DNA of 64,000 bases from Vicugna vicugna (GCA_013265495.1 MU059820.1:3198948-3262947); one strand, 5' to 3'. Positions 23,566-36,232 are shown, numbered from the stretch's first letter. The notes: generated by a model not told the origin, from the letters alone. Program-made: numbers and translations.

Positions 23566-24646
23566 GGCATAATGAGGGTGCCCCCTCCCTGCGCATTTTC
23601 CAGTTTAAAAAAAAAAAAGCCGTCAGGGCTCCATTTCCTGTTTGCTGAGGAAAAAAATAGGATGGATCTAAGCAGCTGAGTTTAGAAACCGCCTTCTCCA
23701 GGACCTATAGATTGTGAGACGTTCTTTAACCCTAGCGATGCCAGAGTGAGATCTTTGATAGGAGAACCTCCCATTACAAACTCTCCAAGGAAGTGTTTCT
23801 CTTTTAAATGGACAGCCTTCACAAACTACAGATGCATTCCTAGGAAATTTCTTGAACAAACAGGCACACCATGCTAGACGGGATGCAAACCCACCTCGCC
23901 ACAGGTGGCCAAGAGAAGATACCAATAAAAATAAGTATTGAAAACAGATTAAGTTTCTGAGAAGCATGCAGTCCTTTTCTTTCTGAGGTCATGGTACAAA
24001 AAGCAGCATGAATATTAAAACGTGCCTATTTAGTAGAAGGGTCATGTCAGTTTTTTGCAATCTGTGCTCCGGTCATTGTTTGCAAAATTGACTCCTCACC
24101 AGCAACACAGAAGTCAAAACGTTGCCATTCACCTGCCTCTCCCCTTCACTATCAATTGCATATTTTGGTTCCTTTTCTTTAGAAATAGTCTCCAAATATT
24201 CCAGATCCAAGAAAACTCACCGGATTTTGAAATCTTCCTCTTAGATACTCATGTCCAAAACTCACCACAAGAAGCACTGTTGTCATTTAGGGGAGTGCTC
24301 TAAAGTAAACAGATTCTCAACCTATTCGATGAAATCCGGGGTCCACAGCAATGACTGCTCTATAAGGCTGCATTCCCCTAGCAGATTTCCTTCAACAGCA
24401 TCACTAGCACCGAATATTCTAGTAATAGAGAACAATGCTGAAAATAATATTACGTTTGCCGTCAAAAGAGCATGCTTTATGAATAAAGAACTGTACTTTC
24501 ATAGTAGAACATGACTGCAACAGTCTAAGTTACCACTGAGAACAGGATAAAAATGAGTTCAGAAAAACCACAATATTTGAAACAGTCTCATTTGGGGCAC
24601 CCACTTGCTACGCTTCTCCCATTCCCCAAAATACACTGCACAGAGA

Positions 24647-24668
24647 GGGGGAGGGGAGGGAAAGGGGG
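24647..24668 (+). other. Canonical G-quadruplex motif within a purine tract
   Basis: GGGGG-A-GGGG-A-GGG-AAA-GGGGG. Confidence 0.6.
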
Positions 24669-26060
24669 TAGAGACGGGGATGAAGAGGAGAGGGGAGGAA
24701 GGAGAGAGAATTTCATAGAAGACAAAAAAGCACGTACTAAGCCTACTACAAAGCTGAGGTTATTAATGTTGAAAAATCTTACAACCCCGGAATTTTACAA
24801 AGTTAGGACATAGTCTCCCACTGACTGTAAATTGCAGTCATAGTTAGGAAGTTCTTCTTATTGTCTAATCCAATCCCCACCTACTGGCTCAGCATCCCTT
24901 TCAATCTGGTCCATAATCAAGGTCACACAGTAGGAAATCAATTTCAAATAGTTAAATCAATTGAGTTCATTTGAAAGGCCAACAGAATATAAGAAATGGA
25001 GACACACTCACTCTCTCTTTGTGCCACAGGACAGATATGAAATACAGTCGTTCTGAGTTAATAAAATATAATTTAAAAGGAAGGACTTTTATAAAAACAC
25101 CGCTTGACACATTCCACAAGAATTAGGATTTTTAAGTATTTCATACATTAGATGATCTTTCTATATAAAGTTTTGTGGTTGACCTAATTCTTTTTGAAAT
25201 CCCTTTTATCCAAAAGATGTTTTGGATTAATTTAAGTATTTGTCACTGGATAATGTCAAGCCCTTGTTCAGTGAGATGTCCTGCATTGGGCTGTCACACC
25301 TGTTAAATATAAGCCTCCTTTTCTTTTGATATTCTGAGAAGGGCCTTAAAAGGTTTACATCCTTCAGGATGGAGATTTAATTGCTTTACCTATAATAAAA
25401 AATAATCCCTATAAAATTCAGATTGTGGATATTTCAAAGCTGAGAGAGCGATTGGACTGGGATGTAAAGGCTGCAGTTCAAAAAGCCTTCCACTTTCAAT
25501 CTCACGTGCGTGGAGTTACGAGTTATGAAGTCCTGGTTATCATTTTGTAAGGTCTGGACTTTGTAGTCCTTGCAGGGAGCGTCTTTGAGCTTGCTTTATG
25601 GCTTAGTGGTTCTGTGTGTGCATGTATTAAATGTAGAAAGGGTCGCCCATCTTTTTTTTTTTCCCCTGGGCAGTAAATGTTCACCGGGAGGAAGTCTCAG
25701 ACTTGGTTTCCACCGAGGTACTGGAGTGAGGTTCCCCGCACTGACGCACTTCACGTCTTGGGTGAGCTCAGACCTGGGGGGGAAGCCGTCCTGAGGACAG
25801 CCCTGGTTTGAGAAAGGAGATAGTATGTGTGCTTTAGCTGTTGGTCACATCCCGTTGTCCACGCCACGAGCACCCTCAGTGTTTCCCTGGGCATCCTGAT
25901 CTGGCCTCCCCTACAGCCTCCACTCAGTAAGTTGGGACCTTCTTTTCATCACGGAGGTGGTTTAGATGGGCTCTCCCATTCCAAGCTCCCCCTTCCCTTG
26001 GGGCAATCCAGGACCAGGAAAGGAGGGGAACAAGGGTGAGGACTCTAGACTTAGGGTTCT

Positions 26061-26222
26061 TTTTCTTTTTCTTTTTCTTTTTTTTCATTAAAATTTTTTT
26101 TTAGTTTTTTGTGGGAAGTAATTATTTTTGTTTTTGTTTTTAATGGAGGGACTGCGGCTTGAACCCAGGACCTCATGCATGCTAAGCACGCACTCTACCA
26201 CTGAGCTATACCCTCCCCCTCC
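26061..26222 (-). mobile_element. tRNA-derived SINE, long form (camelid vic-1-like)
   Basis: Minus strand reads GGGGGAGGGTATAGCTCAGTGGTAGAGTGCGTGCTTAGCATGCATGAGGTCCTGGGTTCAAG, then an extended tail. TSD TTAGGGTTCT at 26051-26060 and 26228-26237. Confidence 0.92.
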
Positions 26223-26519
26223 CAGAGTTAGGGTTCTAAATGTAGCTTCCCTGGGTCCCCCTCTCCCCACCACCATCACCATCCCATTCCCTGACTTCTG
26301 CCATCGATCATAAGTGAACATGAAAGGACAGAGGTGTATATTCTCTTGGGAGAGCCTTCAACCCACCCCCCAAAGCCTTACCATTACCTTTTATCATCAG
26401 CTGCAAAGTCAGTTGTATGTGTTCTTTACCTTTCTAGACACACTAATTCCACGCCACACTCTTATTTTCTGAAGCCCTTTTTCAGTCGACGTCAGATGTA
26501 GTGTAAGTCTTCAGGATAC

Positions 26520-27060
26520 ACAGCAGTTCTTAATAACACGTGGTGACCACAAACTGCTCCATAAAATTGCATAAGGCGTAATTCCTATCAAATTGCATAA
26601 TGCACACAATGAGTTGATGTGAAACACATTGTACATCTGTCAGTGAGCTCTGGTGACAAAGGTTATACAAAATGGATCGGGAGGCTGTATTTGTGTTTTT
26701 TTAATGGAATTACATAGAGCACATCAAGAGATTTGCTGCAGCTTTTCTGGCGATTATACTTAGGCAATTTGCTTGTGAGCGTCACATACATACCATGACA
26801 CTAATTCTAATGAACAATTTTGTCACGTACGTTTTCATCAGTGCGATCGCTCACGAGTGTGAAAAATAGTTGCCTTTTTAGAAAACTGTGACAAATTCTT
26901 CTGAGGATTTTTTTGTGTTGATAAAGGCATTGGAGTAACAGTGCATTGATGCAAAGAAAATCAGTATCTTAATGAAATTCTTTTGTATCCTGGAAGAGTG
27001 AAGTATTATTTTATGATTATGGATGATCTGATATCATTTTAATGGGTGAAAAGTCTATTT
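26520..27060. mobile_element. Possible ancient DNA-transposon-like remnant, unclassified
   Basis: AT-rich block starting 'tacacagcagttcttaataacacg' that reads like an old Tigger/hAT fragment. No matching TIR found. Confidence 0.25.
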
Positions 27061-27099
27061 CAGATAAAATGCACAGACACTTGGCGCGGAACACATGAG

Positions 27100-27200
27100 A
27101 ACAGGAATCCAGCCCTTATCAGCCTTGTGACCTTGGGCAAGTCAGTTTCTTGACTGAAGCCTGAATTTTTTCACCTGTTAACCGAGGCTACTGGAGTGGA
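27100..27200 (+). mobile_element. MIR SINE remnant
   Basis: 'gaatccagcccttatcagccttgtgaccttgggcaagtcagtt...gcctgaatttttcacctgt'. Confidence 0.55.
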
Positions 27201-27479
27201 TGACCTCAGACAAATTTGCTGAACACAGGACCTCCCAGGGAAGAATTTGGGTTATTCATCTCTATGTCCCTGATTTTTGGCATTGTGACTTCCTGATTGG
27301 CTAATTGAGGGCACCGATTAGAAATCACACTCCTCTTCAGTAAGGCCTAAGCTCACACTTCTTGCTTCTCTTCTGTGAGCCCACGCAGTGAATACTCTAG
27401 AAATGCATTTCCTTGCCTTTGAGTGCCGTCGGGAGTGGAGAACCGAGCTGCCTCCACCTCAAACTCGCCGGGCAGCTTC

Positions 27480-27610
27480 TAAAATAGCGCCGTCATCTGG
27501 GCCCCATCTCAGACCAAGTGAATCTGAATCTCGGGGGACAGGAGGACCATGGCACCGATGCAGACATTTGAAACTCTCCTGGTAGTTGGCGTGGACCTCC
27601 AGGGTTGACA
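27480..27610. mobile_element. MER5A-like hAT-Charlie remnant
   Basis: 'ctgggccccatctcagaccaagtgaatctgaatctcggggg' resembles the MER5A core. Confidence 0.55.
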
Positions 27611-28463
27611 GTCACATCTGCTGAAGTTACAGTCATTAAATGAATAATGAAGTCCAGAATCTCCGTCTAATGAGATCATTCTGGAAAATGTGCTTGAAAG
27701 ATGAACTCTGTCCCCTAAAACCGTGGCCCGGCCAGGCTGCCCTCTCTGTGTTTCCTGTCACTTTTCACCCAGTCACGTAATCCTGGGACCCTGGGCTTTC
27801 TTCCTCATTTCGTCCCCTTTTCCTGGAATGCCTTTCCCACCTTCACGTGGTCTACTGTTCACGAAGCTCTGACAGGTGTGGTTATCATCCAGGTGGCTTT
27901 CGGTCACCTTATGCAGTAGTGACAAGGCCTGAGACGCTCCACGTTCAGAGGGCTCCAAAGTGAGTCAAGGTTCAAAGCCAGATCTTGGGAGTCGTCCCTG
28001 CGTGGCCAGCTTCCCACCCGTTCTCACTCAGAGCCTCCTTCCAGAATGCTCCGTGCCCACCCTGAGCCTCAGTTAATTCCTGCCCCTAGGAAGCCCTCCC
28101 AGCCCTGGCACAGCGCAGGCTCTTGTAACCGTGTCGTCCACGCGCTGGAAGTCACTCAGAATTACTCAGTAAGAACTGGCCTTTGAAGCTTTGCTGTCAC
28201 TTGGCCCATAACTAAGCGGTCACTGTGGACCATATGGGCTCACAGAAGCTCCCATAGACACCCCCTTCGTCTGTGCCTGGGGCCCAGGCCTCTCACTGGG
28301 GGTTTTATGACCTCTGGCCACAGAGGCTGTCTCCTGCCCGCCCCTCCACCTCCGGCACTATACCAAGCACCATCTTGCCAAAAAGCCTTCACCACGTCAC
28401 ACCCGAGCCGGCTTCAGCAACCTTCGGGAGCACGTCTTGCCCATTGGGTGGATTCCAGGTGCA

Positions 28464-28479
28464 TCTCTAGGTGGCACCA
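28464..28479 (+). promoter_or_regulatory. CTCF-like motif
   Basis: TCTCTAGGTGGCACCA versus consensus CCASYAGRKGGCRSYR, 2 mismatches. Confidence 0.4.
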
Positions 28480-30239
28480 GGTGAGAATTTGGAAATCATT
28501 TGCCTTGCAGAGGGCAAGCTCTTCACCCCCATATCTACCTACCCTCATGGAGGGGGAGGGGGGTTCGGATTTGTTGCAGAGGAAACTGAAGGTGGGAGAT
28601 TCTGACGCGCAAGTAGGATTACGGAGCAGACAAGAGCTCCCTTCTCAAAGACCCTCCACACTTCTGGCCCTGCACAGGCCCCGGGGCACCCAGCTGGGGG
28701 CGTCCTCCCACGGTGTCAGAGAAGAGAGTCCGCTTTGCCATCAGGATTGCACGGGGGCATTTGGATCCAGGAGAGGAGGGCAGTACAAAGCCCACTGCTT
28801 CCGAGGTCCACGGGCTGGTGCGAGATGAGGGGAGCAGTTGTGAAGAAGACGTCTGAGCCCCTGTCGCCTTCTCCTGCTTCCGCACGGAGACACAGGGAGG
28901 TGGGGCCAGCAGCGGAGAAGAGGGCTTCTTGCATCCCATCCCTGATGAGAAGCCTGCCTGGAAGAGATGGAGGGGGCCCCACATGCCTCCCCCCCCGTGC
29001 TGTGGGTTCTGAGCCGGGCTCCCCAGGTCCTGCCGTGGTGAGGGAAGGCCACTGTCAGTGCTGGAAGTCCACTTCTGGGCTCGTAGGATGGGTGGAGGGT
29101 GTGACTAAGTCCCGGAGGTGCCCCAAAGGGGCCTGGACAGCGTGTTCCACCAGCCACAGGCTTCAGTCACCAGGTTGCCAGCAGGGTGAGTGGCAACCAG
29201 GAGAATGAGGGACCTTCCCCTGAAACCTGACGACGTGGCATCTGAGAACCTCAGCTCTTCCAGGAGACAGCGCTACTCCAGGGGTGGTCCCTGGATGGGT
29301 ACCAGTCTCAGAAATCCGTTACTGTCACCGTCAGTCCAGACATTGAGAGTGACCATGTGAAAACTTCTATAGCAACCCGACAGAGTAATTTTATGTCTGC
29401 TCCATCTAAGTAGGATAATTTGAGCTTGGATTTTATCTGTCTTTTTTCATTTCATGTTTCCTAGGAACTTATTTTTCTTATATTTTACCAAATATCCATT
29501 AATAGCACATTGGAAAATTGTTAAACAAAATAAAATGAAACTGATGTTTGCCTGTGGAGAATGTGAGAGATGCCACCATGGAACACCCCAGGCACACACT
29601 CCTGGACACCATTTGGGGAAGACCAGGAAGGCCTAACCTTGCTGAAGGAAACTGCTTAACTTGTTGGGCCAGACTAGGAGTTCTAAACTAGACTGGCTCA
29701 TAAAGCAAATATTTTTCCTGCTAACCAGCAGGTGGGGCAGAGGAGGAAGCTCAGAGTCACGGAAGAAATCACCTCTCTCTGAGCACGTCAGCTGTGCTGT
29801 GCGTTAAGATTTCTGATTCCCTGTCCTAGGTATTTGGGTCTCCCACAATTTGGGTCCAGGTTTTCCTTCGGGCTTTGTGCCCATCACTTTCTTACACAAG
29901 GCTCTCGTCTACCCAGGGTCCTCCCCTGCCTTTCTGCCTCTGCACAGCCTACCATTTTCATTTCTGTAGCATCGAGCACAGCACTGCAAAGATGATCCAT
30001 CTGACAAATGTCTGTGGGTTCACGGGCCTTTAGCATCACGTCCCAGATTGCACAGAGCACTCTCTGTGACTTAACTCACCTCCTGGTGCTACTTGTGATC
30101 AGTGCAGTCAGCGCCCTGCCCTGGACCCCACCGGCCCCTCTGAGCTCACCCGCAGGGCGGTGGACCATTTCTTCACCTGCCCTCAGTTTCTGTCCGAGTA
30201 TCTCTGGATGCTCTGAGAAACCTTCTCTGGGGCCCCCAG

Positions 30240-30590
30240 AGCTCACTCGGCCCTTGTGCGTGGCAGCCCAGGAGTGCCGGGAATGCACAAAGGTCCAGTG
30301 CTCAAGCGTGAGGGATGGCAGGTGGTGGACCAGTGTCCCAGCTCAAAGACACAGAGACACTTGGGACTGGGCCCCTATGACCCCTGGCCCAGTAACCAAC
30401 CCCAATCACGTTTTATTCTCTTTGTTGATTTGCCCCTCAATGGAAATCAATTTTCATTGGGTGGGATGGTGGCAAACCAATGCCTGGTCCCCCTACCCCA
30501 CTCTCTCACTCTTCCCTGCTGGGACCACTTCCCAGATAAACTGCTTGAACCCAAACCGTTGTCTCAAGTCTGCTTTTGATGGGAACATAC
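30240..30590 (+). mobile_element. LTR16/LTR33-type ERVL LTR remnant
   Basis: 3' end 'cccagataaactgcttgaacccaaaccgttgtctcaagtctgcttttgatgggaac' resembles the ERVL LTR terminus. Confidence 0.45.
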
Positions 30591-31299
30591 AAATCACCTT
30601 CAAGGACTGTCTGTGGTCTATGTGCACCCTGACCCTCACCCTGCCAGCATCGGGTGCAGAACGAACTGTGGACCAGGGCCCAGGAGCCATGGCTGGCACT
30701 AGACTTTAGAACCCAGAATGAGCTAGAAGGCCACCTCTGGACAATCGGACCTTGAGAGATTCAGGGCCCTCGTCCTCTTGCAACTTGATGGGTGAGGCAG
30801 CTGGTGACAACGAATGTGGCTGCTTTGTTACTTGTGGTTTCAAAGTGCCCAGCATTCCCTGCCATCCAGGAGAGCCTCACCCTTCCAAGCGTCACCACCG
30901 AGGCAAACAGCACAAACCTCTCCCCTCACAGAAGGAAGTCCCGGGAAGTCAGGGTAAGACACAGCTGGTGTCCCGTGCGTCGCCCATGGGTGACCGGGAC
31001 TGCGTGGCCGATGGTGTCGGAGAAAGCACGCCCTACCCAGCACAAAGCACCACACACGGGGCCACACGGACCCACTGGTACTGAGAACACGGGTGCACAT
31101 CTGTCCACCAACGTCAGCAAGAACAGGGAAGGAAGCGTCGCACGGGGCCGTGGTGGGCACGTCCCACACCGCCCCTCACGCCAGCCGGGCTGCGCTGGGC
31201 CCGCTCCAGCTCACACGCCCTTCCGTCATGGAGCTCAGCATGGGATGCTGGTTGCGTCTGTCTCTGCCTCCTGCCAGCCTGTGCGATTCTTGGCAGTTG

Positions 31300-31385
31300 G
31301 TTTCGTCCTATTTATCTTAGTACTCTCAGAGCCTGGCACATGGGAGGTATTGAATAAATGTTTTTTAAGTTGGGTTGAAAGGAAT
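31300..31385 (+). mobile_element. L2 3' end remnant
   Basis: 'cagagcctggcacatgggaggtattgaataaatg' is a typical L2 terminus. Confidence 0.55.
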
Positions 31386-31749
31386 TAAATTATATCTTCT
31401 TTGGCTTGGATTAAAATATACTGGAGCTAAGAACAAAGCATAATGTAGTTTGTGTGTTCAATAGATACAGAGATACATAGACAGATAACAGACAACAGAT
31501 AGAATATGTATTTATGTGTAAACACATGCACATTCTCTTCCAAATGGGCCTGAGTTGGGAGAAACCAATTGCATGAATCACTCAGGTCCAGAGTTTTGTT
31601 CGTTGATAGTGAGGTTTAGCAGATGATTCCCAAATCATCATCGTGGAAAGACAGCCCCGGAGCCGAGGGCCTCCCAGCCCAGGTCCAAAGAAGAGAAAAT
31701 GGGAACCTTTTCTCCCAAGCGTTCAGTTCTCAAGAGTGGTTTTCCTTCT

Positions 31750-32010
31750 GCGTATTGTTTCTGGGCCCGCAAACGAGAGCCAAATTGCTAATGAACAGGC
31801 AGTCCCGGCTGTCCGTTGACTCTTGGCAATTAAGATTAAAGCAGCCTGCCTGCCCCCGCCCTCCCGCCTCGTTTCCCGCCGCCTCTGCGGCTGCCCCGCC
31901 GGGGCGCAGCCCCCTTCCTCGGGTCCAGCACAGCCCCTGCGGGCCCCCAGGCCCACCGCGGGCCGCACCGCCCCAGGCCAGCCCCGGAGCGGCCCACTTC
32001 TGTCGGGTTA
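31750..32010. promoter_or_regulatory. Small orphan CpG patch with adjacent homeodomain-type motifs (enhancer-like)
   Basis: About 18 CpG in 31850-32005 (hand count). Upstream are GCCAAATTGCTAATGA and TTGGCAATTAAGATTAAA. Confidence 0.55.
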
Positions 32011-33094
32011 GCTGTCTGTTTCTATAAGGTCTATCCCCAAAGTAGCTACATTCTCTCACTACTAAAGTCACTGGGATTTTTTTTTTCAACAATCCTTGGA
32101 AAGAATCCCAGTTTAAGAAGGAATGAAACTTAACATTCAGCCAAATACAACTTTTGAATAATTTAAATGAGAGCTACTTAAGTCTTCTGAAAACAACTCC
32201 AACCCTGTGTTCTCCAATGTGAATAGGGAAAAAAAGAAAAAAAAAGAAAAAAACACCAACGTGCAGAATCTGAGCCTATGCAGACGACACGTTTTGCACC
32301 ATGGGCTGTTGTTCCCGCTTTGGCCAACGTGTTCCCAAGACTGGCTCTGCGAGGGCTCCCCCCACCCCTGCACGTGTGGCGAGCTGGGCCACGGGTTTCG
32401 CTGTGGAGAGATCTCTAAGTTCTGCTGCAGTTAAATCCATCATCAGATTTTCCCGGGTTTTCATTTCTCCTCATTTTATCCCCATCAGGGTCTGAGCTAG
32501 AGCCAGGAGCCAGGTTCCTCGGCCTCTGTTTGGCCAGAAATGTTCTCTCACTTCCAGAAGAATCTGTGGTGGTTATCTGACGTGTACAGACAGAGTAGCA
32601 CATGGAGATATTTTCCAAAGAAATATAAAGCTTAATCTAACCACTGCAGAGAACTCTCCTTTCTCCCAGGGCTGTGATCACAGCGCTATATAAACACCAA
32701 ACAAGACGACTTGCTTCCCACTCACTTGGGATGCTCCAGACACACGTAAAGAAGAAATTCCAGAGATTGCTCCTCAGCCTCCACAGCATATGCCGTCCCA
32801 TACCTGGTGCAACGAAGGGCACAAAGACAGAGAACTAGCCATCGCAGTTTCCCCGAGCTCACATCTTTGTAAGGAAGTTAAGGTCCCTACACAAGAGTCT
32901 ATGAAAGGAATATGCAAGATAAGGGCTATAGATGTCTAGCAGAGTTCTATTACAGAGTTTAACTGCAGGCGAAATCATTGCTGACATGGGGAACCAAGGT
33001 GGGCTTCCTGTAAGAGGTTCAAACTGGGCTTTCCTGCCTTTGTGCTTTCTTCATTCGACTGGAAGTGGGTCAGGCGCCAGCTACAGAAGCACAC

Positions 33095-33300
33095 ATCCAT
33101 GTATGCATTCAGCACACACACAGTGAGCACCTACTCTACGCCTCATGCCAGGCGCTGTGGATGAAGGTGAGTTCCTGGAGGAGCTCACCATCTCCTGCGG
33201 GAGAGAGGCAGGGGAATGCATCCTTGCAGAGGGCTGCGGTAAGTGAGAGAAACTGACTCGGTTCACCAGATCCACTCCGGAGAGCCCAGATGCAATATGG
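33095..33300 (-). mobile_element. L2 3' remnant
   Basis: 'catccatgtatgcattcagcacacacacagtgagcacctactc...ccaggcgctgtg' resembles the reverse complement of the L2 end. Confidence 0.45.
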
Positions 33301-34299
33301 ATCAGATAAGAAAGACCTCATTCATTCAGCAGAGTCACTTGATTTTAAGCAGATGTAAACAACACCTGTCTAGGAAGCCGTATGTACATGCCCAAGCAAA
33401 ATACAGCAAGGCAGACTCCCATTGACACAGACATGATGAATAAAATCACCATGCAAATAAGCAGGATTCAAAGCAGATAAATCTCGGAAGACAAATTTCA
33501 TAGATTAAAGTTAAACCCTGCTTTACAGACAGAGTATTATCCTAATCGGATAAAATCCAAACACATACATTTAAATTGGGAATAACAGAGTAAAAATACG
33601 CAACGCAATTTATTTGGCACATATTTGGGTTTCTGCTGTGTTTCTCAGTTCAAGAGTTGGGAATTCAACCCGAATTCTGTAACGGATGCGTGACCTTGAG
33701 TGTCTTCCGTAAGAGGCTAGCAAAGCCTCCTGAAGAGTTTAGGATGTTTTTAAGGAGACAGTCAGTGCTGGGCTCTGACTGACACTATTAAGAAAACTGG
33801 GTACAAATTCAAAAGTGAAATCACGCCACGGGGCCTTCCCAGACCATCATTTCTCAGCTGTCAGGACGCTTGGCCTTTTCACCAAGGTGGAGGACTTTTC
33901 AAAACCGAGTCAGTTCTCTCTCTTTTTCTAGTTCTCAAATTCTGGTAAACACTATTAAATGCAGAAATTTTTTAAAAAGTATTGTTGGATCATTTGTTTC
34001 AGCTCTGAAACAGTTAAGATACAGTTGATTTTCTACAGCTCACATAGTGCTAATGTATAAAATAGATTTTTAAAAAATTGCTGGCAAGTTAACTGCTTCT
34101 GAAGAATTGAGAATTCTACCCAAGTTCTATAATATGAGGATGATGGTGGGTATTTTCAGTAAAAGACTAGCCATTGCCCCTAAAGAGCTTATGACACAAA
34201 CTACAGCTAGGTTCTCAGGCTTTAAACCTCTAGTTAACAGACCCATGGGTACCAGTTTGTGGGGTGTATCTTAAAATAGACTAGAGAGGGAGACAGGAA

Positions 34300-35600
34300 A
34301 AAGAAAAATGTGAACGCATTTGAATTTTCTTATCGTTTACTTATTTGAAGCTCATTTTCGTGCTGCGTGTTCCCTACTTCTGTTCCGCTTTGATTCAGTG
34401 ACAACTGAAACCCATCTTCAACTTTCCAAGAAAATGACATTTTATTTTTGATACCCCACAAACAGCACTATTTTATTCATCCTTTTCTTTAAAAATTACT
34501 TTTCTATATTATTATCTTCGTTTGCTAATCGCAGACGGAAGCATCTTGTTAAATGGAAGAAAATGAGCTTCATCGCCATAGAAACTGCGGAAGTTTTGGA
34601 TGAGATTGAACGAGGCAGCTTTAAACAACCAAAACGTGAATTTACCCCTGCCCTTGTTGGCCAGATCACACAGACCTCCAACCACCTGTATCTTCTTTCT
34701 AGCATCTCATCTGATTAAATAAATTCAGCTGTAAAAATGTTTCCTTAAGTCTAAGTTAAAAAAAAAAAAAAGCTTTTTACCGTCTCCCCCAAGAGCAGGA
34801 GGTATAAAAATTCTCACAATTAATAAAGGACATTTGTGTCATTAGAATGTCTCCATTTTCTCCTATTAAGCCTCCATGTTTTAACCTGAGTTATCAGCCC
34901 ACTCACCAAGATGTGCCCCTGGTAACAGAATGGCATGATTTTTTCACTTCCCCAAAGCCGTGTTCCTAAGACAATGCACATTTCAGCTGCCGTGTCAATA
35001 ACAGTGTTGTTTAAAAACTCGAGAGGCAGCTCCCTCTGCCTCACTTCTTACCCAGCCCTCCCTGACTCCGAACTGAACCACACCTCTCTAGAAATACTCG
35101 CTTTCTTAATGAAAACCATATTTGAGGGGGGAAAAAAAGGTTTGCATNNNNNNNNNNNNNNNNNNNNNNNNNNNNNNNNNNNNNNNNNNNNNNNNNNNNN
35201 NNNNNNNNNNNNNNNNNNNNNNNNNNNNNNNNNNNNNNNNNNNNNNNNNNNNNNNNNNNNNNNNNNNNNNNNNNNNNNNNNNNNNNNNNNNNNNNNNNNN
35301 NNNNNNNNNNNTAAGCGAGGAGGAAAAAAAGGAGCAACGTAGAGTCTAGACAGAAGAGATGGGGGTGAAATCTGGAAGCCATTCACCCGGCGAGGGCAGC
35401 GGCAGCCCGTCGGCAGCCGGGATCGCCTTACACTGCCTAATTACACATGAAAAATGTACACATCGTTTCTCTCAACTGCTCGGAAAAATAGATGCTCAGA
35501 TGGCGCTTTGGACTGTGGCAACTGAGCCAGCCATATATTCTGGACTTTGGATGCCTTACTCCCTGCATTTTGCAATATGATTTTTTGTTTTTAGGGAAAA
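34300..35600. promoter_or_regulatory. Non-repetitive, CpG-retaining AT-rich block (candidate conserved non-coding element), interrupted by a gap
   Basis: About 12 CpG in 34313-34640 despite low GC. Motifs TTTGCTAAT, CAGCTG, TGTCAA, TGTTTA, CTAATTA, CAGATGGCG. No repeat signature. Confidence 0.4.
35148..35311. other. Assembly gap (164 N)
   Basis: Run of N. Confidence 1.
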
Positions 35601-35771
35601 AAATTCCTCCAAAAAAAAAAAGTATTTCGTGTGTTCTAAATTTGGCAAATGGTCACATTCGATGAAGAATATTTAGATGTTAAAGTAGGTTATATGTGGG
35701 ATGAAATTAGACACACTTCTATTGTAAAGACTTGCTCAATAGTAAGATTAAGGGTCTGCTGTCCAAGGACA

Positions 35772-35856
35772 GGGGAATAGCTCAGTGGTAGAGCACGTGC
35801 CTAGCATGCATAGGGTCCTGAGTTCAATCCCCAGTACCTACATTAAAAAAAAAAAA
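35772..35856 (+). mobile_element. tRNA-derived SINE, short form
   Basis: GGGGAATAGCTCAGTGGTAGAGCACGTGCCTAGCATGCATAGGGTCCTGAGTTCAATCCCCAGTACC plus poly(A). TSD not clear. Confidence 0.9.
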
Positions 35857-36130
35857 GACTCTGTGATCTGGAGGCTTATTTTAGGATCTCATGTATGGTT
35901 TGAGTTGATTCCTTGTAACAGTAATAACTTCTAAGTCTTTAACTTGGCCTGCTCATGCAGTCACAGCCTTCTTGCTGGGCATGGTTCTACATTTTATGCA
36001 GGATAATGATTCTTTAAGAATCCTTTAATAGAGAGTCTTTTCCCCAAGACTTCAAAGCATTTTTCAGACATTAACCCTTGGTCACATAATATTCCCGGGA
36101 CCTAAGGAGATGCGGCCGTAGCCAGGGACT

Positions 36131-36150
36131 GAGTCGGCAGAGGGCGCTGC
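36131..36150 (+). promoter_or_regulatory. CTCF-like motif in a local CpG cluster
   Basis: GAGTCGGCAGAGGGCGCTGC contains the core CAGAGGGCGCTG. Confidence 0.55.
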
Positions 36151-36232
36151 GTGCGGGCGCGGACGCTGTGAAGTCTCTTCACTTGGAGAAATGAAAGGGG
36201 GCGGGGAAGAAGTTTAGACTCTGTCCTTAACT

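Noticed and set aside
30008-31388. 233-aa and 198-aa plus-strand ORFs
   Set aside because: The first overlaps an LTR16-like remnant. Both are in GC-rich sequence, with no splice or homology support and overlapping ORFs on the opposite strand.
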